Virus record (IMG/VR): IMGVR_UViG_3300045988_110337
Origin: a virus
Direction: 5' to 3' (one strand)
Length of the DNA stretch: 50,501 bases
Shown: piece by piece, positions 35,038 to 44,207 of the stretch
Numbering within the stretch: position 1 is the first letter of the stretch
Layout of the letters: each line of letters starts with the position of its first letter
The notes under the pieces: model-generated
The model's database searches: none
What the model was told of the DNA's origin: nothing
What the model saw: the letters and a program-made list of their open reading frames with translations, nothing else
Made by a program: the position numbers and the translations under genes

Positions 35038-35288
35038 TTGTTTCCTCCGTTGTTTGCGGCAAGGCTTTCCGCAAGACTCTTCGCCAGCTCGTTTATCTGG
35101 CAGTAAGCGAAATATCCTGAATATGTCGGCGGCATTTCCCGCGTCAAGTCTCCCTCGCTTTTCCATATGGCGTTGTTAAAGTTTGCTTTTTCACGCCATC
35201 TTACAATATCATCGGCGTATGCTCTCGCCTTATTTCGGGGATAGCGGAATTTCCCCATCAAAAGTTTAATGAATCTTTTCTTTGTCAT
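35007..35288 (-). CDS. Hypothetical protein
   Basis: ORF in the operon. Confidence 0.4.
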   Translation of the reverse strand: MTKKRFIKLLMGKFRYPRNKARAYADDIVRWREKANFNNAIWKSEGDLTREMPPTYSGYFAYCQINELAKSLAESLAANNGGNKWNSITKSLS

Positions 35289-35291
35289 ACC

Positions 35292-35498
35292 TTACCTCCC
35301 ATACTGACAGCCTATCATGTTTGACAGCTCCATCAGCTCACGTCTGAGACGCTTTATGTCGGACTGTAATTGTGTGTGATTAGCCATGCCGTTATATACA
35401 CTCGGCTTGTCCTGATTGCTTTCGATGTCCTTTTGCAGACGTGAGGCAAGTTCTTTCACGAAAATTGCCTGCGCGCTTATTTCTGTTTTGCTTGTCAT
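35292..35498 (-). CDS. Hypothetical protein
   Basis: ORF in the operon. Confidence 0.4.
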   Translation of the reverse strand: MTSKTEISAQAIFVKELASRLQKDIESNQDKPSVYNGMANHTQLQSDIKRLRRELMELSNMIGCQYGR

Positions 35499-35806
35499 TC
35501 TTCATCCTCGCTTTCTCTTCTTTTGCCATAGTCGCAGTATTGCCAAGGCATAACGCCGTCTCCGCGTCCCAGCATGCACCACAAACAGCCCTCGACGAAG
35601 CTGTCCTCGTAGCGGTCTTTGCGGTCAAGCTTTCTGTGATGGATGCAGTCTTTGCACCTCACTACCTCTACAACATCTTCGTCTGTGTCCTCGGCATACG
35701 CAAACACAATGTTGTACATCTCGTCGGCAACGGGATTCTCGCCTATCTCCGGCATTATCTCGCGCAGCCTGTACAGTAGCTCTTGTAATCTTTCGTATTC
35801 AGTCAT
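35495..35806 (-). CDS. Hypothetical Cys-containing protein
   Basis: ORF in the operon. Confidence 0.4.
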   Translation of the reverse strand: MTEYERLQELLYRLREIMPEIGENPVADEMYNIVFAYAEDTDEDVVEVVRCKDCIHHRKLDRKDRYEDSFVEGCLWCMLGRGDGVMPWQYCDYGKRRESEDEE

Positions 35807-36030
35807 TCCTCTTCTTCCTTGTACACATACTCGACCGCCGCGAGAAGCTGCTTTACTTCTTCGTATGATTCGGCGACGGTATAGTTTGAGCCCTCCGCTT
35901 CAAAATTTATTAGTGTGGCGTATTCTTCGCTCTCTAAATCAAACAGTGGCGTCACATAGGTAATGTGCCTTGTGCTTATGAGCACCGATTCTTTATGGTA
36001 AAAGTCGTGCAGTTCGATAAAGTTATTCAC
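35803..36030 (-). CDS. Hypothetical protein (GTG start after AAGGAG)
   Basis: Start refined from the RBS position. Confidence 0.4.
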   Translation of the reverse strand: MNNFIELHDFYHKESVLISTRHITYVTPLFDLESEEYATLINFEAEGSNYTVAESYEEVKQLLAAVEYVYKEEEE

Positions 36031-36763
36031 CCTTGTTCTCCTTGTTGTTAAGCCATTCGCAGAATTTTTCGCAGTCCTCTTTGCTCTCGAATACCGTATC
36101 ATAACTACAACCATAACTATCTATAATTTCCTGTTTAAAATCGCCGCTGCGTACTACATTACAGCGCACATATTCGCTGTAACTCTCACCGTCTCCCCGT
36201 ACCTTGTCGTAATAAAACTGTACTGTTTCAGGCGATTTGCTTGCGAAAATACGCGCAAGTCTTGTCTCAGCAGGGTAATATATCACGTTTTTATGGCGGC
36301 ATTTGCACTGCTCGCGGTATTTCGTGCCTTGCGGAGAGTAAAACGTGATATACCCGCCCTCATCGCACTTGTCGCATTTTTCTTTGGGTTCGTCGTATCG
36401 CCTTGCCGCTCTCCATCCTACCGCACAGCATTCAGCAAGTATTTCCTGCGCTTTCTTGTTGCGGTACTTGCGTTCAATATCCGCTTCGGCTTTTGCCATC
36501 TTTGCGATTTCGTCATGGTACTTGCGCTCGATTTCGTTTTTGCGTGCTTTGTAGTCTTTCAGCTCGTCGAGTTCCTTTTGGAGCTTTTCTATATGTGCCT
36601 TGGTTTCACGCTTGATATCCGCTCTAAGCGCAGTTTTAAAATCCTCTATCTGTTCATCAAATTCGGGCGTATCGTCCCAAAAATCCACAAAAACTCCAAA
36701 ATGCTCTTCTTCAAGGTCATTTTCATCTTCAAAGTATTCTTCTTCGTAGTTATTCATCGACAT
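36023..36763 (-). CDS. Hypothetical coiled-coil plus Cys-cluster protein
   Basis: 246-aa ORF. Confidence 0.5.
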   Translation of the reverse strand: MSMNNYEEEYFEDENDLEEEHFGVFVDFWDDTPEFDEQIEDFKTALRADIKRETKAHIEKLQKELDELKDYKARKNEIERKYHDEIAKMAKAEADIERKYRNKKAQEILAECCAVGWRAARRYDEPKEKCDKCDEGGYITFYSPQGTKYREQCKCRHKNVIYYPAETRLARIFASKSPETVQFYYDKVRGDGESYSEYVRCNVVRSGDFKQEIIDSYGCSYDTVFESKEDCEKFCEWLNNKENKGE

Positions 36764-36764
36764 T

Positions 36765-37484
36765 TCATTCGTCCTCCTGTAAAATGTAGTCTCCCCACTG
36801 CTCCGCGAATGCTTTCGCGATTCCAGGGAAGGTTTTGCTTCGTGTTTTTTCCCGGTCTGTGTTTCGCGTTTCTTCCCATGTTCTGTTTTTGCCGTTGCTG
36901 TACTTGCCGTATAGCTTTCCTAAATCGGGTTCATCGGTGCATTTTGGCACAAGCGAGGGAAGATTCTGCGTCCACAGGCAGGTTGTTTTCTTTGTGTAGT
37001 TTTCCGTATCGTTTTCACCGTCCGAAAACATATACGGATGTATTATTTGATTCGGCTTGCGGTACGCCGTATTCATAAAGCCTATCGGATTCTCTATTGC
37101 CTTATGCGGAATGTCGGCAAGAGCGAAATACATAAAGAATATCGCCGCTTTCGCTCTGTCTTCCCATCGCCGCACAACTTTTTCGGAGGGGGTACATCTG
37201 AGCGAAAACGCACGTGTCGCGACATTGCTTAGATATGTACACGGCGGGTGCGCAATCAGCAAGTCCCACTTCGATATGTGGTGTATCTGTCCGTCCATTG
37301 TGGTTATTTCTCCCGCGTCAAGTGCTTTCACCGCATCTCCGAGTATGTGATATTCGGGATGCCCGCCGGAACACTCCTGTATATCGCAGGAGAAAGCGTT
37401 AAATCCTCTCGCGCGGAACGCCATGCACACGCGCTGTGATTCTTCGCAAGCCACAAGGACGTTTATTTTCGTCGGGTCTTTCAT
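36765..37484 (-). CDS. Short phage-type C5 cytosine DNA methyltransferase-like protein
   Basis: VLVACEESQ..., AHPPCTYLS (PC motif), AIENP (ENV-like), and a C-terminal TFPGIAKAF. Confidence 0.55.
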   Translation of the reverse strand: MKDPTKINVLVACEESQRVCMAFRARGFNAFSCDIQECSGGHPEYHILGDAVKALDAGEITTMDGQIHHISKWDLLIAHPPCTYLSNVATRAFSLRCTPSEKVVRRWEDRAKAAIFFMYFALADIPHKAIENPIGFMNTAYRKPNQIIHPYMFSDGENDTENYTKKTTCLWTQNLPSLVPKCTDEPDLGKLYGKYSNGKNRTWEETRNTDREKTRSKTFPGIAKAFAEQWGDYILQEDE

Positions 37485-37494
37485 TTGTCCTCCA

Positions 37495-38073
37495 TCATTC
37501 CACTATCGGGAGAAAAATCTGAGAGTTTTTCATTTTTTCGATGGTATATGCCCCCATTTTGTCACCGGAATCGCTTGTAAGCTCTCCTTCAATACACTCA
37601 TATATTTTCCCCTTAGTAAATCCATCTCCGCTGTATGCCACGCAAACAACCTTGCCGTTAAACCAATCAACTTTCTTCTCGAAAATCTTCTTCACGACAG
37701 CTTCAACGGCGGCTTTCTCGCTGTATTCGTCTTTGCTGTAGCGCGTCACGGTTGCTTCTTTCGCTACGTCCTTGCCGAGTATCAGCTTTGCCGTGGTGGT
37801 GTCGCCGGATGATGTGATAATCAACTTAAATTCACGGGTTGGTTTGTCTTTGATTGGCTCTATGAGTTCGAAATTTTCCTCCGATGCCCATTGACCGTAG
37901 CCGGGCGTTGTTAACCCACGGCAGCCATGATAAGAAGGGCGTGGGATGTCAAACTCCACGGCATAACCTGTGCCGCTGTTATATGCCATTATTGTTCCTG
38001 TGTCTCCGATTTCGCACGTCAGATAATCATTACGAACTATCTTGACTCTGTCCCCAACTTTAAACTTTGCCAT
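37495..38073 (-). CDS. Hypothetical protein
   Basis: ATG 38073 after AAAGGAG. Confidence 0.5.
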   Translation of the reverse strand: MAKFKVGDRVKIVRNDYLTCEIGDTGTIMAYNSGTGYAVEFDIPRPSYHGCRGLTTPGYGQWASEENFELIEPIKDKPTREFKLIITSSGDTTTAKLILGKDVAKEATVTRYSKDEYSEKAAVEAVVKKIFEKKVDWFNGKVVCVAYSGDGFTKGKIYECIEGELTSDSGDKMGAYTIEKMKNSQIFLPIVE

Positions 38074-38636
38074 TACTGTACTCCTTTCAATTTTGCAAGC
38101 TTTTCTTCGAGTTCTCGCACTCTGTATTCTTTTATGCATTCTTCAAATTCTGTCTTTGTTGACGTGTAAATTTCGTCAAAGTCTTTGTAAAGTTTGTATC
38201 CACTCTGCACAGAGAAGATGTATTCCTTGTTTATGCGGTCATAGTCATATGGGTGGTAAGCGAGAATCGTGTCGTTGAATCTGTTCCAAACGTCGTTTGC
38301 TTTGCCACCGTACAGCAAATGCGAATCGTAGTTGCCGCAGAAGTTAAGTCTGCCGCATCCGCCAGTGTCGACGAGCATATGCCACACACTGTCGCTCGGC
38401 TCGTAATGCGTTTCCGAGTTGGTAAGTAGCGGCTTTTTTAGGATTTTGAAGCCGAAGCCGTGACCGCCGTTTAAAAAGTAACCGTAGCTGTAAGAGTAAA
38501 ATTCTTTAAGGGGTATATCATACATCTCGCTGATTCCCAATATATCCACTAATTCCTCGATTCTCCATCGGGGATATTTGCTTTTGAGGTACTTTGTGTT
38601 TTTAAGCGTTTCTCTCGCGAGTTCTAAGTCTTCCAT
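38073..38636 (-). CDS. Hypothetical 187-aa protein downstream of repeat array A
   Basis: ORF with AAAGGAAG RBS. Confidence 0.55.
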   Translation of the reverse strand: MEDLELARETLKNTKYLKSKYPRWRIEELVDILGISEMYDIPLKEFYSYSYGYFLNGGHGFGFKILKKPLLTNSETHYEPSDSVWHMLVDTGGCGRLNFCGNYDSHLLYGGKANDVWNRFNDTILAYHPYDYDRINKEYIFSVQSGYKLYKDFDEIYTSTKTEFEECIKEYRVRELEEKLAKLKGVQ

Positions 38637-38683
38637 ATTATCTTCCTTTCTGCCGGATTCCGTCCGGCGCGGTATTTTTGCTT

Positions 38684-38888
38684 TTCCGTTTCACCGCTTA
38701 TCTATGCGTTTCCATTCCGTTGCAAGTCCTCTCATTGCTCTTCGATTCCGTTTCGGGTCCCGTCGTAGCGATTCGGTGTCATTCCGTTGCCGCTCTCAGC
38801 GTCGCCTTTCCATTCGATTCCTTTTCGGCGCAGTGCGAGTCTGGGCTTTTCCGTTGCTAATCGTGTCGTAGCTTATCTGTTCCGTTGC
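38684..38888. repeat. Degenerate tandem array A: seven units of 31-36 bp, each starting TTCC(G/T)TT(G/T)C
   Basis: Unit starts at 38684, 38715, 38746, 38782, 38818, 38849, 38880. No track ORF on the minus (locally transcribed) strand; the three + strand track ORFs covering it are rejected. Confidence 0.75.
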
Positions 38889-38890
38889 GG

Positions 38891-39301
38891 TTATCTTCCT
38901 GTGCTGCCGAAGCCGTTTTCTCCGCGCTCTCCGCTTGCTATCTCGTCTGCTATAACTACATCGCTTGTGTCGCAGGCTGTTACCACAAGCTGTGATATCT
39001 TGTCTCCGCGTTTTACCGTGTAAATCTCGTGAGAGTGGTTGTATAGCTTTATCTTGATACTGCCGCCGTAGCCGCTGTCCACTAATCCAGTTGAGAGAAT
39101 GCCGTGGTTTATATTAAGTCCACTCTTTGACCATATCTGACCGCAGAATCCCTCGGGTATCTCCGCGCACACTCCCGTGTCTATTGTCGCGCTGTCTCCC
39201 GGGTAAATCGTGACCGTGACGGGGGATAAGAGGTCTACTCCCGCGTCCTGCTTATGCGCTCTTATCGGTGCGAACGCTCCTGCTTTAAGTTTGAAGTTCA
39301 T
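38891..39301 (-). CDS. dut: dUTPase
   Basis: AGVDL, GLVDSGY(G)G, and a C-terminal ERGENGFGSTG motif. Confidence 0.85.
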   Translation of the reverse strand: MNFKLKAGAFAPIRAHKQDAGVDLLSPVTVTIYPGDSATIDTGVCAEIPEGFCGQIWSKSGLNINHGILSTGLVDSGYGGSIKIKLYNHSHEIYTVKRGDKISQLVVTACDTSDVVIADEIASGERGENGFGSTGR

Positions 39302-39942
39302 TCTAAAATCCTTCCCATGCTGTCGGAAAGCTTTTTGTACGTATCACCCGCCATCAGCATTGTTACAACATTTTCCGACAATGCTTTCCTTGTCGTTTCG
39401 TCAAACATGTCCTTTATTTTGAAATTTATATCTTCTTTAAGTTTTTCCACTAATCTGTTTATTGTAATTCCGCAGTAATCGGTGACAGTCTTAGTTATCT
39501 TTTCCGAACTCAGTCCTGATTCCACAGCTTTAGCGGTGCATTCGCTGAGGTAGTCGTTCCTGCTTAGCGTTCTCTGGGATGAACTCCAGCAGTCGCCTAT
39601 GGTTATGTCTTTCTGCATATAGGCTTTTATTTCATCGTCAACGGCTTTTTCGAGCGATTTCTCAGCGTACACTTTAGCTGCTTTTTCTATTTCTGACCTC
39701 ACTGTTTCTCTCACATACTTGTCGATAATGTCATATATTGCGCGTTCCACGGTGTTTTCTACGGTGTGCTTGATATAATCATTAACATTTGGAATGTCGA
39801 GCGTGATTTTAAATTCGTTCTTGCTTATATCTCCGCTGTCGTTGTACGGACAACTGCTCGCGCCACCCTCGCAAGCGCAATTCGGCGTACCGTCGTAATA
39901 GTCAAACCCTTCACAGTATTCGCATTTTTCGCAATCTTTCAT
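39298..39942 (-). CDS. Hypothetical protein with a Cys-rich N-terminus
   Basis: ORF in the operon. Confidence 0.5.
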   Translation of the reverse strand: MKDCEKCEYCEGFDYYDGTPNCACEGGASSCPYNDSGDISKNEFKITLDIPNVNDYIKHTVENTVERAIYDIIDKYVRETVRSEIEKAAKVYAEKSLEKAVDDEIKAYMQKDITIGDCWSSSQRTLSRNDYLSECTAKAVESGLSSEKITKTVTDYCGITINRLVEKLKEDINFKIKDMFDETTRKALSENVVTMLMAGDTYKKLSDSMGRILE

Positions 39943-39957
39943 GTTTGTTTATCCTCC

Positions 39958-40317
39958 TTATAACGCCACTCGGGCAACTTCTTTCATGATTTTTTCGTAT
40001 TCGCCTATGTCAAGGTGTATCGGCGGGTTCTTTGGTTCTTTCGGCGGTTCTTTTCGGCTTACCGCTCCCGCGTCCTCCACAATGTTGATTATCGTGTACA
40101 GCATATCGCGCCTTTTGCGGAGGTTTGCGCGTTCTTCGTTCGGCGCGTTTCTCTTGTCGGCTGTTCTGAGACTGCTTTCGGTCTTTTTCAGCACCTTCCA
40201 GAGGTACGCCAGCTCTTCAGAGTAGTCGTTGTGGTATTTCGCATAGCATATCGGGCATACCTGTCTCCCTTCGGGTATCACAGCTCCGCACGTTACGCAT
40301 CTTTCTGCGTCAGTCAT
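39958..40317 (-). CDS. Zinc-ribbon protein
   Basis: CVTCG...CPIC. Confidence 0.45.
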   Translation of the reverse strand: MTDAERCVTCGAVIPEGRQVCPICYAKYHNDYSEELAYLWKVLKKTESSLRTADKRNAPNEERANLRKRRDMLYTIINIVEDAGAVSRKEPPKEPKNPPIHLDIGEYEKIMKEVARVAL

Positions 40318-40369
40318 TGTTTTGTTCCTTTCGTTTTTGGTTTTGCTCTGTGCCGCTTCCGTGAGGTGT

Positions 40370-40678
40370 TCATCTTCTGCACACCTCTCTGATTGTTTCC
40401 GCCGATACGTAGCCGAGACGCTGACTGTCGGTGTGCATTCCGCGGCTGTCGTATCTCACGCGGATTCTCCTGCGCTTCTTCGGCAGTATGCGCTCATACG
40501 CTCTGAGAAGCTCTCTGGCGGCTGTTATTGCTATGGTGAGCAAACACATTGCCAATCCGCTTACGGCGAACACGACGCATGAGGGAACGGTGTAGTACCA
40601 CATTCCGCATGAGGTTATAACTCCGAGCATTGTCACGCCGCTCGATATCAGCGTATTCTGTATCAGCCTTTGTTTCAT
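40370..40678 (-). CDS. Membrane protein (alternative start 40729)
   Basis: Two or three hydrophobic segments. Confidence 0.45.
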   Translation of the reverse strand: MKQRLIQNTLISSGVTMLGVITSCGMWYYTVPSCVVFAVSGLAMCLLTIAITAARELLRAYERILPKKRRRIRVRYDSRGMHTDSQRLGYVSAETIREVCRR

Positions 40679-40695
40679 TGCCTGTGTCCTTTCGG

Positions 40696-40926
40696 TTAGT
40701 ACATTGTCGGGAGGATAATGCTTGCCCATCTCTCAACGTCTTTGATTTCGTAATCTCTTTTTCCGTCGCTTGTGATTCCCCAGCCGTCGTATTTTGCGGA
40801 GTAGTTCGCTACGGTTGCTATGCCGCCGGAAGTCCAAATGAGGTAATCGCCGGACACCTTCGGCTTTTTGCTCGGGAGATTCCGGGAGGTGAGTGCAAAT
40901 TCGGTGAGTTCTATGTTATCAGTCAT
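40696..40926 (-). CDS. Hypothetical protein
   Basis: ORF in the operon. Confidence 0.4.
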   Translation of the reverse strand: MTDNIELTEFALTSRNLPSKKPKVSGDYLIWTSGGIATVANYSAKYDGWGITSDGKRDYEIKDVERWASIILPTMY

Positions 40927-41545
40927 GGTATTTTGTCCTTTCCAATGTGTCGAGCAGTCTGTTTCTGCTCGAGTTAAATTCGTTTTCGGTAAGTCTGTTT
41001 GTTTCCGCTGTTTGTGGCATTTGCTTTGTTACAGTGCCGAGCAGTGCCTTGATTTCGGACGGCGTTTCGTTGTCGAATCTCACTCTGTCACGGATGATGC
41101 CTATCTGTTTGAGGAACTGCCCGTGAGTGACGGTGTTAAACGTATCGGTGTCAACCTGTGAAAGTTCTCGGAGAGTGTTCGGTGTACCGAGGTATCTTTG
41201 CAGTTCGGGAGGAAGTTTCGCGAATTCCTCTTTTGCTCCGTAGTAGCCGTTCGACACTGCCGCCTTCAGCTGAGACCACAGTTCTTCGTCCGTCTTTTCT
41301 CCCGTCGCCGCTCTGCGCATTTCTCGTATCTGCGTCTTGATGTCCGCTATCGTCGGAGGAAAGCCTGTGTGTTCTTCAATGACCTTGTACAGAGCGATTT
41401 TGACAACGTTCACGTCCTCTTCGCGAAACATATCGCACCACACAGATACGGTGTCCTCTGCGTCCGTTTTGCTCATCTTCGAGTAAAACCCGGGATATGC
41501 GACTTTGAGAATTTTCAGCGTTGCTATTACGTCTGTTCTGTCCAT
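40919..41545 (-). CDS. Helicase-loader-like protein (SPP1 G39P-like N-terminal domain)
   Basis: LKILKVAYPGFY...VSVWCDMFREEDVNVVKIAL...GFPPTIADI matches my recollection of G39P. Confidence 0.45.
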   Translation of the reverse strand: MDRTDVIATLKILKVAYPGFYSKMSKTDAEDTVSVWCDMFREEDVNVVKIALYKVIEEHTGFPPTIADIKTQIREMRRAATGEKTDEELWSQLKAAVSNGYYGAKEEFAKLPPELQRYLGTPNTLRELSQVDTDTFNTVTHGQFLKQIGIIRDRVRFDNETPSEIKALLGTVTKQMPQTAETNRLTENEFNSSRNRLLDTLERTKYHD

Positions 41546-42375
41546 CGGCTTTCTCTTTTCGCTTTTTCTTTTTCAAGTTCCTCGTTGAGGTAATTTAGAA
41601 ATTCATCACCTCCCGATTTTTCGCTGCAAGTTGGTGCGGCTGATACGGTGTCGTATATGTCCTGCCATCGCCACTGGTAGAAGTATGTCGAGCCTGCAAG
41701 TATGTACTGTTCGCTCGTGCGCTTTGCGGCTATGTAGTCCTTGTACCTCCTGATACCGTCGGCTATAGTCTCGTCGGTCACTCCGGCTGCTATAGCTCTC
41801 TGATAGCTCTCAAAAGCGTTCTTTTTTCCGTTTTTCTTAGGGTATTCTGCCCATAAGGCTTCAAAACGCTCTCCAATCGTCGGTTTTCTGTGTTTAACCT
41901 CGGATTCCGGCGGGTCAATGGGTTCAAAGCCTTCGAAGAAGGGTATCTGCTCGTCCTCACACGCGCCCGCGCACACGCCCGTTAGTGCTTCTTCTCTTTT
42001 CTCTTCAAGAGGGGGATTATAGGGGGAGTTAATAAGGGGGTATGGGGGAAAAGAAGAGGGGGAACAAGGGGGAGACGCTTCTCTTTTCTCTTCTTGAATC
42101 ACTGTGACTTGTTTGTGACTATCACTGTGACCGTCACTGTGACTATCACTGTGATTTAACAGTGACGTCTCTGTGACTTTGTTTCTTGCCTTTCGGACTA
42201 TCAGCTTGTGATACTCCGCTCTTTTGCGGTCGACATAAATGTCGGTCGCAATATACTGCAATTTTCCTGTTATCTCGGGTTCGCTCTCGTCTCTCAGAAT
42301 CGCCATCACAAGTGTTTTGAAGTCCTTCGGAGGGAGCATATCGAGCTTAGCTATCCATCTGTCGGGGATGTTCAC
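41527..42375 (-). CDS. Replisome organizer / replication initiator candidate containing an internal iteron array
   Basis: Located upstream of the loader; internal CACTGTGAC repeats encode HSDSHSDGHSDSH. Confidence 0.45.
   Translation of the reverse strand: MNIPDRWIAKLDMLPPKDFKTLVMAILRDESEPEITGKLQYIATDIYVDRKRAEYHKLIVRKARNKVTETSLLNHSDSHSDGHSDSHKQVTVIQEEKREASPPCSPSSFPPYPLINSPYNPPLEEKREEALTGVCAGACEDEQIPFFEGFEPIDPPESEVKHRKPTIGERFEALWAEYPKKNGKKNAFESYQRAIAAGVTDETIADGIRRYKDYIAAKRTSEQYILAGSTYFYQWRWQDIYDTVSAAPTCSEKSGGDEFLNYLNEELEKEKAKRESRWTEQT
42011..42072 (+). other. Six G5 tracts within 62 nt (G-quadruplex-capable, + strand)
   Basis: GGGGG at 42011, 42022, 42036, 42044, 42058, 42068. Confidence 0.8.
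42100..42177. repeat. Seven CACTGTGAC-type iterons at 11-12 bp phasing (lytic origin candidate)
   Basis: Starts at 42100, 42111, 42123, 42135, 42147, 42158, 42169. Confidence 0.6.
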
Positions 42376-42629
42376 TTCACATCATCCTCTCTCACAAGAT
42401 AGAGCTTGAAGCCGAGATAGTGTATTATCTGCATTATCTCGTTCAACTTGAAATGCGCTTTTCTGCCGTTATTGGCGGGGTTGATTCCGCTGAGTTTATA
42501 GCTTATTGTTTTCGGTTCTATTTCAAGCAGGTCTGCTATTCCGCCGTCGGTGTAGCCGCGCGATTTCCAGTTGATGTGCAGCTCACTCACAAGGTGTCTC
42601 TCGCCTATTATTTCCGTTGCCTTTCTCAT
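42372..42629 (-). CDS. Small HTH-like protein
   Basis: GGIADLLEIEPKTISYKLSG. Confidence 0.4.
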   Translation of the reverse strand: MRKATEIIGERHLVSELHINWKSRGYTDGGIADLLEIEPKTISYKLSGINPANNGRKAHFKLNEIMQIIHYLGFKLYLVREDDVK

Positions 42630-42712
42630 CTTTCCGTGCCTCCTTTCGTCTGCATGATTGTATAGGGTTCTGTTGTTCGCCGTTCAGCTCGTAGAGTTTT
42701 CCGCTTCCGCGC

Positions 42713-43474
42713 TTAGGCATTAGCTTCGGTTCCTGTGCCCTGTTCTGTTGGAGTTTCGCTTGCGGGTATATCGTCGAGGTCTGCAAAATCAACGTCAAGA
42801 GGTTCGTTCTTCGGCTTCTGCGCTTTAGGAGCTTTCTGAGCGGGTTCTGCGGGGCTTAAATCGGGCATCTCGTTTTCTATATACATCTGTGAGAATTCCT
42901 GTGGGAATGCGGCTCTGAGTGCTCTTACGACAGCCACCTTTTCACACATTGTTGCGGGCTTATCTCTCCAGTTGGAGTTGAGTTCGCCGCTTGACTTGCG
43001 CTGTGCCACTTCGGAGAATGCTACCGACATATATTCGGGGTGGCTGCGGGATTTGCGGTAAACCTTGCACCATGCGCCGAGTAAGTCGTCATTGCTTGTG
43101 TTGTAGAAACATCCTAAAGTCTCTTTTATCTCGCCGGTTTCCTTATCTTGCAGGATAAGTCCGCTTTCCTTTCCGTCGTAGTCGGGGTGTGCATCCGCTC
43201 TCTCAACATACACGTCCTTTGACACAACGATTGTCGCGGGCTGTGTGCCGTACTTAATGCAGTATGCTTCTTTGAGGAACGGATTCAGCTTTCTTGCGCG
43301 GCAGAGTTCTGAGAAGAATTTGAACTCCGCGAGAGTGACATTTGCGTTATTGCCTGTGATGAATTTGGTGACGATTGAGGGGGAGAGTTTAACTGTATCT
43401 CCGCGAGAATCTTGAAACTCAACCATTGCTCTTTCATCTAATGTTTTCTTTTCCTGTGTCTGAGGTGCGTCCAT
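42713..43474 (-). CDS. recT: RecT-family single-strand annealing recombinase
   Basis: ...RKLNPFLKEAYCIKYG... ...KPATMCEKVAVVRALRAAFP... Confidence 0.75.
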   Translation of the reverse strand: MDAPQTQEKKTLDERAMVEFQDSRGDTVKLSPSIVTKFITGNNANVTLAEFKFFSELCRARKLNPFLKEAYCIKYGTQPATIVVSKDVYVERADAHPDYDGKESGLILQDKETGEIKETLGCFYNTSNDDLLGAWCKVYRKSRSHPEYMSVAFSEVAQRKSSGELNSNWRDKPATMCEKVAVVRALRAAFPQEFSQMYIENEMPDLSPAEPAQKAPKAQKPKNEPLDVDFADLDDIPASETPTEQGTGTEANA

Positions 43475-43476
43475 GT

Positions 43477-44016
43477 TCAGTTATCCTTTCTTGCGTTAAA
43501 CGGTTTATAATCTTCGTACTGTATGCCTTCTTGCTCCATGAAGTTTCTGAGCTTCACGAGCTGTTCCTTAGTGCCTGTGGCAATGTAAGTGAGCCTATAG
43601 AGCTTAGCGTCCTCTGACGGCGTTGTGGGCGTTTCTGGTGCGTTTTCTTTTAGGCTGTCGAGGGCTTCCTTCATGTGCTTGTCGGCGGCTTCAAGGCGTT
43701 TTTTGATGCTTTTTGCGTCGTTCTCAAAGTCGATATATCCGGCGAGGACTGCGGTTTTTATTCCGGCTACGTAGTCGCTGAAATTCGCCGTCATTTTGCG
43801 GAGCTTTGTTCTTGCCTTGCGGTAGTCCTTTGCGGTGTCTTCCGTTATCGGCACGTTTTCTACTCTGTCGCAGAACTCGTTTATCGGAGCTATGAGGTCT
43901 GCAAGGTGGTTTTCAAGGACAAGCTCGCTCTTTATCTCGACGAGGTTCACGCCTTCGGGAATGATATCCTCGGTGTAGATGTTGGCGAGAGCTGTTATCT
44001 CGTTTGTCTCGGTCAT
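43477..44016 (-). CDS. Hypothetical protein adjacent to recT
   Basis: ORF in the operon. Confidence 0.45.
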   Translation of the reverse strand: MTETNEITALANIYTEDIIPEGVNLVEIKSELVLENHLADLIAPINEFCDRVENVPITEDTAKDYRKARTKLRKMTANFSDYVAGIKTAVLAGYIDFENDAKSIKKRLEAADKHMKEALDSLKENAPETPTTPSEDAKLYRLTYIATGTKEQLVKLRNFMEQEGIQYEDYKPFNARKDN

Positions 44017-44207
44017 TTGGTTGTCTCCTTTTTTCTTCTCTTAAAGCAGGCATATGCGCCTGTGCATTTCTTTGCGGTGCAGGTCAGGCAGACGGCTGTA
44101 TCTGCCGGTTCTATTTTGTCATGTGATGCGGTTTTGCGTCCCTTGCGTGGCTTCACTTCCGGCGGCTGGGTGTGCAGATTGGACACATCATAAAGGTATC
44201 TCGGCAT
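44013..44207 (-). CDS. Small Cys-containing protein
   Basis: ORF in the operon. Confidence 0.35.
   Translation of the reverse strand: MPRYLYDVSNLHTQPPEVKPRKGRKTASHDKIEPADTAVCLTCTAKKCTGAYACFKRRKKETTK

Noticed and set aside
36293-37078. 261-aa + strand ORF, plus other antisense ORFs across the early operon and the tape measure gene (e.g. 13714-14184, 15160-16155)
   Set aside because: They lie opposite well-supported genes with RBSs and translational coupling, and their composition is atypical.
38684-38888. CRISPR array or ToxI-like type III antitoxin repeats
   Set aside because: The conserved part is only 9-11 nt with irregular 31-36 bp spacing, which is too short for CRISPR repeats. The units are far from the near-identical repeats of ToxI/CptI, and the downstream protein shows no ToxN/AbiQ resemblance I can see.
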